A stretch of 63,365 bases of DNA, filler included, from Globobulimina sp. (GCA_003354225.1; 34 parts of 34 records of this genome joined end to end with filler, not necessarily neighbours in it), one strand, 5' to 3'. Positions 23,148-36,110 are shown, counted from the first letter of the whole stretch. Notes: a model not told the origin generated them from the sequence alone. Made by a program: numbers and translations.

Positions 23148-23600
23148 ATTTGTTAAATATATTGTGTTTTCAATGTATATTGGCTAGCAAAGTAGCAATG
23201 TGTATGTGTTTGTCTTTGTACTGTAATAAATGCTCATAATGATTTATGATATTTCTTCATAATTGACTCAACCAATCAATATATGCATAACATCATTTTT
23301 GTACAGCGTGTGCGCGTAGTATGATACAAACACTGTTGATGGTTTTTGTTAAAAAGCATGCGAGTACTGACTAGCGCGGGTAAAAACATAGCATGTGCAA
23401 GTTTTGGAATTGCAACTCATTTAAGAAGATTGTTTGTCTCTGGAATTGCAAATCATATATTGTTTGTCTCTGGACGTTTCTAAAGGAAGCTGACGCTGAA
23501 TAATACGCAAATTAAATGATATCGATTGATGAACACACGATGTACACAAATACGATAAGTCTATCTATACAGATATATTGCAACGGAGTATTGAGACAAT

Positions 23601-24099
23601 TTATGTTCTTAATATTGATACAATTTGAACATAATCAGGTTCATTTTTAAATCTCACCCAAGAATACTGCAACAACATAAACATAGTATATTTAGTTTCC
23701 TCAAATAACTGAAATAAATCTGTTAAATTAATATTATAATTTACAAATACAGGTAAATCTTCTAACAAATTCGTGAAATGTAGTCTTGATTCATACGAAA
23801 TATTTATTTCAAATTCACTTCCAACGGCAATATATTTAACGTATAACTGATGAACATAAACTTTAGCACGAATCATAAAATCATTATTTTGCTGATCATG
23901 ACTTGTTTCCAATTCCGAATGAATAGAATCAATATCAATTATAACATTTACAACAGATCCTGAAGGTGTAACATTTGACGGCAAATCCACTAATTTGACA
24001 TTGGCAATTCCATTTATTTCGTCCTTTGTCATAAATTTTTTAATACACTTTTGAAATTCAACAATTTCAATATAAAATGACAAGCATTCCATACTATAT
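23601..24099 (-). CDS. RGS domain, last exon
   Basis: SMECLSFYIEIVEF, LYVKYI..GSEFEINISYE.R, LF......LL..SW.RF; splice acceptor at 24100-24101. Confidence 0.85.
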
Positions 24100-24377
24100 C
24101 TGTAATATAAAACATTTAATAAAACAAAATATATAGAAAACAAAATATATAAAACAAAATATATAAAACAAAATGTCANNNNNNNNNNNNNNNNNNNNNN
24201 NNNNNNNNNNNNNNNNNNNNNNTTAATTAATTAANNNNNNNNNNNNNNNNNNNNNNNNNNNNNNNNNNNNNNNNNNNNTGGCGATTGTCAAAGTTGTGAG
24301 AAGGTAATTTTTTATTTTTCATGATTTTGCCAGGGTAAGACACACCTGTCAGTCCAGGATAGATGTTTTAACATAAA

Positions 24378-25508
24378 CAGTCAGGACATTATTACTTTTA
24401 TGTATATCCCCTTAATATACTACTAAATATAGTTAGCACATACTATATTAAGTAAATCCTTATCATACATAGTATGTACTTCCATATATAGTAGTATACT
24501 TCAATGTACTACTAAACTTTAAATTCTATATAAGGTAAGGGTTACTATAGTATATGGAAGTACATTAATAATTCTTCAATATACCACTTATATAGTAACC
24601 CTTACCTTTTATAGAAGTACTTCTATATATAGCATGTACTTCCATATATGGAAATACATTAAAAATTCTTCAATATACCCCTATATATAGAAGCACATAC
24701 TATATATAGTAACCGTTACCTTATATAGAAGTACTTCTATAAATGGTATGTACTTCTATATATAGTAGTACGTTGTCAGACATTTGATGCACTACTATAT
24801 CAATGTGCTACTATATATAGAAGTACATACCATTTATAGAAGTAAGTACCTCTATATAAGGTAAGGGTTACTATATATAGTATGTACTTCTATATATAGT
24901 AGTGGTATATTGAAGAATTTTTAATGTACTTCCAAATATGGAAGTACATACCATTTATAGAAGTACTTCTATAAAAGGTAAGGGTTACTATATATAGTAT
25001 GTACTTCTATATATAGTGGTATATTGAAGAATTTTCAATGTACTTCCATATACTATAGTAACCCTTACCTTATATAGAAGTACTTCTATAAATGGTATGT
25101 ACTTCTATATATAGTAGTACATTGTCAGACAATTGATGCACTACTATATATAGAAGTCATACCATTTATAGAAGTAAGTACCTCTATATAAGTTAAGAGT
25201 TACTATATATAGTATGTACTTTTACATATATAGTGGTATATTGAAGAATTTCTAATGTACTTACAAATATGAAGTACATACCATTTATAGAAGTACTTCT
25301 ATAAAAGGTAAGGGTTGCTATATATAGTATGTACTTCTATTATAGTGGTATATTGAAGTTTTAATGTCCTCCTATATATAGAAGTACATACTGTGTATGG
25401 TAAGGGTTTAGTAGATATAGTGTGTGTTACTAAATTTAGAAGTATATCAAAATGATACATAGAAGTACATTATATATGTAGGATGTAAGCCAATTAATGT
25501 CCTGACTG
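24378..25508. mobile_element. Non-autonomous foldback element with long imperfect TIRs and nested palindromes
   Basis: CAGTCAGGACATTA at 24378 is inverted at about 25495-25508 and followed by TA; inverted similarity continues about 110 bp inward; interior built from TATAGAAGTACTTCTATA and TAGTAACCCTTACC modules. Confidence 0.7.
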
Positions 25509-25723
25509 TAATATGGTGTTGTTCAATATGTAGTACAGTACATGTTACAGTCAGGGCATTAATGGTTTTTAAATTTCATAAAATTGTCTGACGTGGTTCT
25601 GAGCTTTGTGTGAAAATGTTCAAAATCTGCGTTTTCCTAAAATGCCCATTTAATAGTCAACTTTTCGCTTTTTTCGTAACAACGATATTGTCAAGGTAAA
25701 AAAGGTTAAATTATCCTAGAAAG

Positions 25724-26040
25724 TAGAGATGAGGCTGGGCTGGGCCGGCCCGGCCCAGTCATAAAAATACTCTTTTTTTATAAATGTAAAGTTCCGCAAA
25801 ATCGACGTTTATCAGCTTACAAATCATAGGAATCGCCTGCATTACCATGAAAATAAAGATTTTAATCAAAACCTTTCGTGAAAATCTCGAAATTCTCTCA
25901 AAATCTTATTTTTTGAGCAAAATGTTTTTTTCGGAAAATGGGCAGGGTCGGGCCAGCCCATGGCAATTTTAGGATGGGCCTGGCCGAGAAAGCAAAAAAA
26001 TGGGCTGGCCCGCTAAAAAGTTGGCCCATTCTCATTTCTA
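25724..26040. mobile_element. hAT-like MITE (317 bp)
   Basis: TIRs TAGAGATGAGGCTGGGC and TAGAAATGAGAATGGGC (14/17 identical); left flank CTAGAAAG, right flank CTAGA before the contig ends, consistent with an 8-bp TSD; subterminal GGGCC/GGCCC clusters. Confidence 0.75.
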
Positions 26041-26388
26041 CTAGANNNNNNNNNNNNNNNNNNNNNNNNNNNNNNNNNNNNNNNNNNNNTTAATTAATTA
26101 ANNNNNNNNNNNNNNNNNNNNNNNNNNNNNNNNNNNNNNNNNNNNACTGTGATATGGTGTTCTGTCGTTCTGACAGTATTGTTAGACATAGACAAGAAAA
26201 AAGATGTAATTTTATCGTTTGGCCAGATAACAATCCTGAACGTGATCCAGATGAGTACTGGATGTAGGAAAGCAATTTCTTTTATGAGTGCAAACAACAT
26301 TTCATTGGCGGCAAATATATCCCAAGGAAGGGCTTGAGAAAACAGCCCTTGCAATTAGTTATCTCAAGTCTACCACAGATGATGAATT

Positions 26389-26670
26389 TCAACCGTTTAT
26401 GTTCACATGGTCAGTATGTAGCCTGGGGTGCAGTGCAGCCACCAATGCATCATAATCGAGTAAAATATCTTCTGGCATGAAGCGATAGACACGCAGTGAG
26501 TTTTCATCTAGAACCAGAGGCAACCGCCTTGCCCTGTGTTCTACAGGGAGCATGAGTACATTGGCAACCATATTATAACGGCTAACAAAACGGTTAAAGT
26601 CAGCACAGTACTTGTATTTGGTAATTTGCTGCAAAAAGGAGTTAGCAATATTATTGGGCTGTTGTGGCAT
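26389..26670 (-). pseudogene. Decayed Ty3/Gypsy-type gag relic
   Basis: FNRFVSRYNMVA...RARRLPLVL....LRVY..M.....DYDALVAAL..RL follows the retrotransposon capsid pattern; stops downstream. Confidence 0.55.
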
Positions 26671-28012
26671 GTTTGTAGAGGTCAGGTAAATGAAAGTTGC
26701 AGTAATGTTCCGCCTATATGGAAGTGTGTTGTATTACTGTTTTATTGGTCCTTGAGTATCCGAGTTGATGGCCTCTATAATTGCAGTTCAATGTGCAGAG
26801 AGTGACCAGATTGATTGGAATGCCTGATATATGGAATGACCTCCGTCAAGGCTACTGGACTGATGACTGAGATAGATAGTGGACAGAGGGCGATGGCCAC
26901 TGCTGATTTACAGGAATGATAGGCGTCGGTGACCTTAGGGAAGTGGCGCAAAAGAGCATCCAGCAATGAGCGATGCCGTTGTCCACAACAAATTAAGCTA
27001 ATTAAGTGCAGAAAGTACCAGTTCAGGGTGACTGGCTCACTACCACAGCTGTGCGAGGTCACAAAAATATTGTGCGTGTAAAACAAATTGTGACATACAT
27101 TGTGCACTGTCCTTGTGTAAACATACATACTAAAAATAGAAAACAATACGTTGTGCACTGTTATTGTATAAATATGAAGACAAGAAATGTGCATTTTAAT
27201 GCCTTAGCAATCAACAACCGCACTGAGTATTTATTATGTTGTATTTGTAAAATAGTTGTTTCGAAAATTGAATTTCCGTTTTCTGTTCACACTAAAAGTT
27301 GAGAGACCGTGAGAACGTCAAATAATATAGCCGACCGTTAGAGCGGCCGCCAGGAAAGTATACTGATATTTAATTAGCTAGGCGTGTATTTAAGAAGCTG
27401 GGGGTATAATGTCCGACACCTTCCCAACAGTTGGATTGGCTTTTATATTTGATTAGCGTCAGGCCACAGATTTGATGGGACTCTTGACAGGGATGATTCC
27501 TTTGACCATAAGCCTACCGTAATCCCGTCAGAGGGTGCCGTACCCTCATCGCAGACACCGTCAACTGTGAGTCGGACCGCAGAACTGTGAGTCGGACTGG
27601 CCTCTGTTTACTAATATTTCTGACGAGTTTGTTCGCCGATACATTGATAGCTCTAAGCATGATGTGAAACACGCACAATCACGCACTGACGCACAATCAA
27701 AGCACAATACATCGCCCACTACGGCTGATAAAGGAGTACAAACGGACCGTCCTAAAAATGGCAAAAAAGCGACGGGCCTCCAAAACTTGAGTTTGATAGG
27801 AGGAAGGCCAGTCGCATTCAGTGTTTGTATGGCCAGGACCTCAAAAAAAGCAATGCGTGAGGTATTGGAACAAAAATCTTTTCGTTGCGAAATTCCAAAA
27901 CCGAAAATTCAANNNNNNNNNNNNNNNNNNNNNNNNNNNNNNNNNNNNNNNNNNNNTTAATTAATTAANNNNNNNNNNNNNNNNNNNNNNNNNNNNNNNN
28001 NNNNNNNNNNNN

Positions 28013-29779
28013 GCGCTGCGGCGCCGCGTGTGTCCAATGTGCCTCAGGCCTTACCGGAGGAGGAGGAGATAATGCATATGGACCTGGACCATGGCAATAA
28101 TAATGTCATGTTGCAAGAAGCGCATCGCATGGATGAAATTGAAGAGAAATCAGCCTCGCCGTTGATGAGTACCATTGACGATGATATGTGCGGAGAGATG
28201 CAGATTGATGAAGAGATTGATATCAATGAAGAATATATTGATGATATGGAGGATGAGGATGATGTGCAAATATTGAAAGAGAAGCAGTACGAAGCAAAAC
28301 AAGCAGTGAATAAGTTAGTGCATAAAATTAGAGAGTCTTTGACCAATATAGCCGTTGATAATATATTGCCAGCACAGAATGGGACGAATGGTATACAATT
28401 AACGCCGGGTTACAACGATGATGAATATGATATAAAATTCGGTAATGATAACGATGAAGATTCAGACGAGGACAAACCGTTTGATTATGACGAGTCGTGG
28501 ATGTATGATAAGAAAATTAATTCGTTTAATATAATATTATTATCTCCCTATAAATTATTGCGTAAATCGTTTCTGAAATTTTGTTTCGAACCGGATATCA
28601 TTGCAAATCGTAAACGTACTCTGTCGTACAAACGATACGAGAAACGAATGCAATGCGGCACTGGCAATAATAATACGTTTATATTTCGCATATTGGAGTG
28701 CTATGAATCGAATTATATCCCGGATTTATTTGATAATCAGTTGGTTGAGTGTATATTTATGATATTCCCCATGGATATATACGCGCAGAATATATCCAAC
28801 AAAGAGATGGAATTCATGCAAGATTTGGATACTTGGTTGGCTTCATCCGGCCATTGGGATATATTTTGGAATAAAACTGTTTCGTTATTGGATCGGAGTT
28901 TGAGTTTCAAAAAAACCGAATTTAATTCGTTGTCGGATTACTTTGAGAAAAATCATTTTCGACAGAAATTATTGAATGATTTGTTGGGCAAATTTAATGT
29001 TCCAAATATAAGCTCCGACAGCAAACCGAAATGGATCAATATTGACACAAATCCAAAATCTAAATTAAAAATCAAAGACCGCTCTCAAAATGGCAAAAAA
29101 TATAAATTTCGATGGCCAAATATCCCCAACAAAAGCAGTGGCGATGGCGGCGAAGATTGGCGATTGCCATTAACGTTGAAAGTATTCGACGATTTGAGTG
29201 AGCCCAATACCTCTTATTTCTTAACCAGTGCACTGTTATCACCGCAAAAGAATTTAATTGCACCGACTTTCGAAGCTACCGCACAAAGCGCATACAAACA
29301 TGGTCCGTTTGCAGCGGTGAATATGAATGAGAATGACGAGGAGGAGATGGCCAAGAAAGCCAAAAAAGAAAAGAAGAAAAAGAAAAAAGAAAAGAAAAGG
29401 CGCGATCGCGAGAGAGAGAAAGAGGAGAAATCAGAATTATTATCAGATTCGCCACAGTCTATAGCACAAAGTGTAGAATTGACACAAACAAAAACGGAAT
29501 CTGTAGCTGACAATGCAGCTATTTTAGATGACAACGCTGCCATACCATCAGCGCCGACCTTCGATGATAATGAGGCGGTGCCAGCTGAGGCTCCGGTATT
29601 TGATGAGGTTATTCCAATGGAAGCAAATGAAGCCGCCATGCATATGGAAGAAAATGAGAAAGAAATGCAACAGCAATTAATGCAAGAGGCATTTGTTAAA
29701 TTTCAACAAAAAAAACAGGAGCAGCAGCAGCCACCGCCACCGCCCGGTCTGCCACCACCAGTACAAGAATACGAGGAGG
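28013..29779 (+). CDS. Hypothetical protein: acidic N-region, globular core, Lys-rich and Pro-rich segments (partial)
   Basis: About 590 open codons; weak resemblance of the core to a septin-like GTPase fold without a P-loop. Confidence 0.7.
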
Positions 29780-30094
29780 NNNNNNNNNNNNNNNNNNNNN
29801 NNNNNNNNNNNNNNNNNNNNNNNTTAATTAATTAANNNNNNNNNNNNNNNNNNNNNNNNNNNNNNNNNNNNNNNNNNNNATTTTATTATAAAGATCTGTT
29901 GGAACTTATGCGGGATATGAATGATGATACAAATAACAATACAAATAACATGTTATTTGATGATGAGACATTTGATTCGCAACAACAGGGAGGGTTTGGT
30001 TTATTTCAATTGAATACATCGCATAAATAAAAAACAACACTTGAAAACCCCAGATTTTCAGTACATATATGTTAATCGACATGTACTTTATATA

Positions 30095-30599
30095 CACTTG
30101 ACGTTTTAGGTTCACACTTCTAAACACTTCTTTTGTGATTGGCAAGGTTTTTGGGTTAGCTAGAGTGGTTTTCAACTTTGAATACTAGGATTCGAACTGA
30201 ATACTAAAAATCTTTCTAAACACTAAACAATAAACACTAAACATAACTAAACTGTTTGCAAATCCCGAAACGGTTTGCTATAGGTTTGTCTTGGATTTAT
30301 TCTGGGTTTGTTATAACTTTGAGTTGGGTTTGCAAATCCAGCACAAAGTCAGAACACATTTTCGGTATACAAAGGGGGGGTGGGGGTTATCCAATGGAAT
30401 ATGTCGTTCAACCTCTAAAACCTCAATTTAATGTGATCTCAACCAACAGAAACACAGTCAACAAATAACAATTTAAAATAAAAAGTTAAATTCATCATCG
30501 AACTTCGAATACTAGGTTGAAAACCACTCTATAGCTAACCCAAAAACTTAGTCAATCACAAAAGAAGTGTTTAGAAGTTTAAGCCTAAAAAGTGAATTG
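30095..30599. mobile_element. Tc1/mariner-type MITE (505 bp) with about 80-bp TIRs
   Basis: ACTTCTAAACACTTCTTTTGTGATTG...GGGTTAGCTA...GAGTGGTTTTCAAC occurs inverted at both ends; TA at 30093-30094 and 30600-30601. Confidence 0.85.
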
Positions 30600-30601
30600 T
30601 A

Positions 30602-31646
30602 TTATGTATTGACCACTTTCATATTATTTGGACCAGGGATGACATTTAAATTTATTCTCCAATGTTGTTCATCAAAGAATAAATGAATATATGTTGCGGC
30701 GACACCATACATTTCCAACATTACTCCAATGACATCATCGTATAACATGTGGTTGATTGAATTATGCGTTCTGACAAATCCTCCAATCATCAAAAGTGTT
30801 CTTTCCTTCAAAGCATTGGATTCTTTTATATCATTTATAATATGCGCAGAAATTGAATTGCGATGTCTATTCCAACAAAGTGAATATGGACACTTCACAT
30901 TACTTATTTTCATTTGATTCGTCGCGACATTCCAAATAAAAATATCATTGCCACCTAAAGGCGGTCTTTGTCGTTGAATCTCATTGTCGTCGACATCATA
31001 TACATTGACAATGCCACCTAAAAAAATAACATCATTTTGATACATAACACAGCCGAAATTAGCCATTTTTTGAGGTAGTTTGCAATTCGACTTATTCCAT
31101 TTCATATCGGTATCATTGACAGAACAGACCCATATTGAATCTGAGCAATCCATTGAATATGGCATCATACCTCCCATTAACAACAATGTGCCGTCATCTG
31201 CATCATATAATAATTGGTGTTTCTTCAAATAAACCAGCGGGGAATTGAAATAATGGAATAAACGCTGTATCAGCTTTATTCCAAATAAAATGTTTATTCG
31301 CTCTGTCTATTACATGGTATTTGGAGTCAATGATTATCGAATGGTTCGGCCATATATTTGTCTGATATATTTGTTGTTGTTTGGTTTTTGTATCTATGAC
31401 GGTGAGATATTCATGATTTTGAACATATATTTCTTGCGTTTGGTGATCGACTGCCATTGCTCCCATACTGCTATTTCCAATGGGTTTTATACCGACTAAT
31501 AAATCCCAATCATCCGTATTTGCACAGTATTTATATACCGACGAATGAATCTCAATCATCATTTGGTTGGGTCGAATATATTGTTGTTCTGTAATGCAAA
31601 TTATTTCGTTGTTCAAAGTGGTAAAAAATTGAATGTCTGATTTCCA
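30602..31646 (-). pseudogene. Kelch-like protein with a frameshift near 31228
   Basis: LLLMGG..DSIW..W..KLPQKMANFGCV..VIFLGG; two overlapping ORFs with no suitable intron; same C-terminal motif as 4141-5334. Confidence 0.7.
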
Positions 31647-31746
31647 NNNNNNNNNNNNNNNNNNNNNNNNNNNNNNNNNNNNNNNNNNNNTTAATTAATT
31701 AANNNNNNNNNNNNNNNNNNNNNNNNNNNNNNNNNNNNNNNNNNNN

Positions 31747-32962
31747 AAAAAAAGTCTATCGCGGTGGTTGTGGGGGAATAGGCGGGACAGCCGGAGGCAC
31801 TGCGGGTGGCACAGCCGGAGGTACTGCAGGAGGCACCGCTGGCGGCACTGCAGGTGGAAGATTAGGAGGTCCGCCACCACCATTTGGCACAGCAGGTGGA
31901 ATCTGCGGAACCGGCGGTGGGGCACCAACCTCATCCTCCGGTACTTTAGGGATAGCAGGCGGTTGTTTTACGGCTTGTTTTTTAACAGACTGCTTTTTTT
32001 TGGTCGCTTGAGAGAATGACGGTGGCGCAGCACCAGAAAACGAAGGCGGCGCTCTCGATGTCGAAGAGAATGACGGCGGAGGCACTCCCACCGCAGTGGA
32101 GGAGGCGGTTTTTTTTAATCTCGCTTCTTTTTCCTTTCTATACAATGATTTGCCTCCGATCGGCGACGAGGCTTTGTTGTCGGTGGATGTCCCCATAGAT
32201 TCGAATGGATTTATGGCTTGAACGTGGGCGATGGGCTGGATCTGTTTGAATGCTTTTTGTTTGCGCTCATCCAGTTTTTCATCGGTATTGCCTTCCTGGC
32301 CCGTTTTTGTCGGCGCTTTGCGTTTTTTTACAGTGCCCACTTGGTCCAATATTGAATAATCAAATATTCCCTGGCGGACCCACGGTTTTTTTGGTCGCGC
32401 ATATTTTGGTAATTTTTCATCTGTCAATCAAAAAGTGCAAGGATGAAATGGTGCATTTATGCATGCGAGGACTGTTAACTTTGTTCGGTTTCAAACTGAA
32501 AATGCATTTTTTGCATGCGATGGAATGCATTTTTAGTTCCAAACTGAATTTGGAGAATTTAATATTTGTTTTGGTGCATGGTACTAAACTTGGAATGGTT
32601 TCGCGTAAAATGTGTATGGTCGGTTTGGGTCTGGGTAAGGTTTGAAATTTGGTCATGTATAATTGGGACATGTATTGCGAGTGCGATTTTAATCGATGTT
32701 CGATATATTGAACTTGAAATGACATTTCTTCGATTTCTCTGGATTCCTTGTCGATGATTGAGTTTATATTATGTGCGATGGTCAAAACATGGCCGCAAAC
32801 ACTGTTGGCTGTGTCTGACACATATTGCCGTATTTTATCCATGGTTTGTTTGGACGGGTCTGCTTTATGCGCATTCACGCAGTACGCCACAATATTTCCT
32901 ATGATCTCTTCGGATCCTGCCAAATGTTTCAATCCTTTATCAATTTGACTACGTTCAGACAT
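31747..32962 (-). CDS. Abl-interactor (ABI)-like WAVE complex subunit; intron 32421-32589; 3'-truncated
   Basis: IVAYC...MDKIRQYVSDTANSVCGHVLTIAHNINSIID...IEEM parallels the Abi N-terminal domain; PPAV repeats follow. Confidence 0.75.
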
Positions 32963-33093
32963 GGTCACTCTTTATGTTTTTGATGAACACTCAAATTAAG
33001 TTTTTTCTTAACTGAAAAACCTGTCATTTCTCATCTAAAGTAAATAGGGCATTGCCACTTAGCAAGTCGTCTGCAATCAAAGACACAGCCAAA

Positions 33094-33513
33094 ATGCCAC
33101 CAAAAAAAGCTTCCAAAAAGGAGAAAGATGGCAATCAAGAGCCGGGGAAGCCATTACAAGATTACATGTTCAAATGGTTTAAACCATCGCGTCGCATTGG
33201 CAGTGGTGGTGTATTGCGAAAATCTGCAGCCTTGGGTCGCTTAATGAAATGGCCAAAATACATCAAATTACAGCGACAAAGGAAAATCTTATTACAGCGG
33301 TTAAAAATCCCGCCGGCATTAAATATATTCAACAATGCCTGTTCCAAAGATTTCGCGTCAAAACTCGTGCGTTTCTCTAAAAAGTATATGCCAGAATCAC
33401 GCAAACAAAAAAAAAATCGCTTACGAGCAATCGCCAAATTACAAGCGGAGGGTCTACCCATCCCATCCGAGAAAAAAAACGTCATAAAATATGGTTTTAA
33501 TCACGTTACCAAT
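33094..33513 (+). CDS. RPL7A: 60S ribosomal protein L7a (eL8), 3'-truncated
   Basis: KWPKYIKLQRQRKILLQRLKIPPALNIF, KYMPESRKQKKNRL, KYGFNHVT. Confidence 0.96.
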
Positions 33514-33613
33514 NNNNNNNNNNNNNNNNNNNNNNNNNNNNNNNNNNNNNNNNNNNNTTAATTAATTAANNNNNNNNNNNNNNNNNNNNNNNNNNNNNNN
33601 NNNNNNNNNNNNN

Positions 33614-34151
33614 AGTTAAATGAGGACATAATTTGAATATATATCTTAAAAACGTTGCATAATCAATTAAACAATATTTATTATGTTTTGATTCTCGTAT
33701 TTTAATTTCTTGGTTATTCCAGTCCGGATCCTTTAGATTTATTTCAATATTCAATGTCCTAAAATCTTTTTGTTTCTTTACCCTATTTATCATATATTTT
33801 GATGATAATAATTTAGTACATTGAGATTCGAACTGTTTTGCAATTGGTAATGTTAACATTAATTTACATGACTGTAAAGTTGGTATATTCCATAACCAAT
33901 ATATTGGATGATATTCATCCAAATCATTTAAAAAACTGTACCAATTCAGTGATAAATCCAAATGCAATAAACTTGATTGATTAATTAAACAATTTTTGAT
34001 ATTTAAATCTTGAGCACATGGATTGGGGTATTAACAACAATTCTTTAATCATATTTGCATTGAATTTGCGAACCATTTTTTGTACCTTGGATGCCGAAGC
34101 ATGACTAATTTTGGAATGCAATGATAAAATCTCTACAAAATCAGGTTCCAT
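33614..34151 (-). pseudogene. Frameshifted hypothetical (LRR-like) gene
   Basis: ORF from ATG 34151 stops at 33981 and coding-like sequence resumes in another frame (LHLDLS, LQSCKL, IFKLCPHL). Confidence 0.4.
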
Positions 34152-34230
34152 CTGCAAACGGAGAAACAGAAGCAAGATAACTGAAGAAGGTTGAAGTTAT
34201 TTTTAAACTCAAAAAATTTACATCAACACC

Positions 34231-35380
34231 ATGTCACGTCTGAACGCCGTAACAATTGGTTTATTATTACTCGCTTTACAGCTGCTATTTGCCACCACAT
34301 CATCAATAACATGCGCAGATGTTCCTCCCTCCACTCAGTCCACCGGAAGTACATGGTATCAAACAAATTTATATTTTATTCCCTTACAGTATACCAAACA
34401 TAAACTACGCAACAAATAGCAAAGGCGAGTACACAGACAAAATCCAACCTCATATGAAAGATTTGGAGCCAACCGCACGGAAAGGCGTCCAAAATTTTCG
34501 TACCTATTTAGGAAATATACTGCTAAACACTGCATGGTACACATTTTGGAACGACCAAAAAACAGCGTGGGACACGCAAAATGTAAACGAAGTTGATATA
34601 TCTTATTGCGATGCCATTATACCAATCAAAGATGATTTACCACCATGTTTATGTCAATTACGCGAAGTCTGTGATAGTTTATGCGCTGAATACATAGGAA
34701 ATATATTTGAAGATCATAACGGCGTCTATGCCTTCATTGTGGATAATGAAATCCCTTATGATCAAGGTGTGACCCACGAGGATTGTCGCAATGTGATGCA
34801 AATCATAACTCCCATCTACCAAAATCTATGTGGTGACACTCCGATTTATAAACTTATTCAACAATGCGGTATGTACATAATTTAATATCTACCAAATATG
34901 AACAACAAACAACACACATAACACAATATCAAAGCAAATATCACATCACCCATTACAACCAATGTCACTCCATCCCTCTCACCGACAACAAGCCCTATCA
35001 CCACAACCACGACGTCCCCCACCACACTCTCCCCGGTTATATATAGCACACAAGCGCAGACATCTAATTCCACCGCAACACCAACCATCACACAGTCAGA
35101 GCCACCTTCAGCTTCACTGACCACAAAACCATCCAATACAAACGTTACAGAGACAGACCTATTGACCACCACTGTTCCTCCCGATGATTATGATACGTAT
35201 AACTATGACGACTTTGATACCTCGACCACAACCGATGATACTTTAGGTATTTCTATATCACTCACTCGCAAATTCGCAACAATACATCACAAATAACCCA
35301 ATATATGCATAGACGATATTGAACTGACGGCAGCATCGCACCCTTTCGCCAATCTGTTATTAGTGTCGTTAATAATTTTG
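34231..35380 (+). CDS. Secreted Cys-rich protein with mucin-like stalk and probable GPI signal
   Basis: Signal peptide; introns 34356-34389, 34869-34934 and 35247-35312 give one frame: Cys-rich domain, S/T/P stalk, acidic DDYD patch, then AASHPFANLLLVSLIIL. Confidence 0.75.
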
Positions 35381-35532
35381 NNNNNNNNNNNNNNNNNNNN
35401 NNNNNNNNNNNNNNNNNNNNNNNNTTAATTAATTAANNNNNNNNNNNNNNNNNNNNNNNNNNNNNNNNNNNNNNNNNNNNTAGAAAATGAAAATAAAAAA
35501 ATGTTAAAAAAAAAGTAGTAGTACTACTAGTA

Positions 35533-36110
35533 CACAGTTGTGAAAAACAGCATAATTTGACCATCTACTTTGAAGTACTTTGAACAATAATGAACATACT
35601 AGCAAGGCGTTTATACGACAAAAATTGTCAAAAATTGTGAAAAAAAATGGAAATATCAAATATTATGTTATGAATCGATCAGCAATGAATATTTAAACAC
35701 TTTAATCATATTTTCGCGGTTCTTGACAAGAAACTTAATTATTTAATATGCGATGGTTTAGCTTGTTTTGATTGTTTATTTATTTGTTTCTTTGGCTTTG
35801 CGGGGTCCGTAATATCATGATTAAATAACAAATCAAAATAGCAATTAAACCAGCAATTATTTTGTATAATAAAACTCCATAATAAATGTCCACACATCTG
35901 GTTAATTTATTTAATTATAAACGTAATATGCTGTTTGACACTGTGTACATACTCTCAATGCGTAAATCATGATATTTCTTGCCAAGTCGCGCGAGATTCG
36001 GTGGATTCAGTTCCTAGGTGATGGGACAACTGATTTCTAACGTTTGTTCGAGAAAGATTGGTTTCACGTCGAAAGATTGGTTTCACCAGCGCCAAAACTT
36101 CACAACTGTG
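35533..36110. mobile_element. Possible MITE
   Basis: CACAGTTGTGAA at 35533 is perfectly inverted at 36099-36110 with AGTA on both flanks; an alternative gapped right end lies at 35945 with TA flanks. Confidence 0.4.

Noticed and set aside
24500-25400. Palindromic repeats as a CRISPR array or telomere
   Set aside because: No unique spacers; modules occur in both orientations and sit inside TIRs; TAAGGGTTA is not tandemly repeated.
26858-26900. CTGATGA (also at 36781, and CTGACGA at about 27620) as hammerhead ribozyme cores
   Set aside because: No stem II closed by GAAA and no compatible stems I and III were found.
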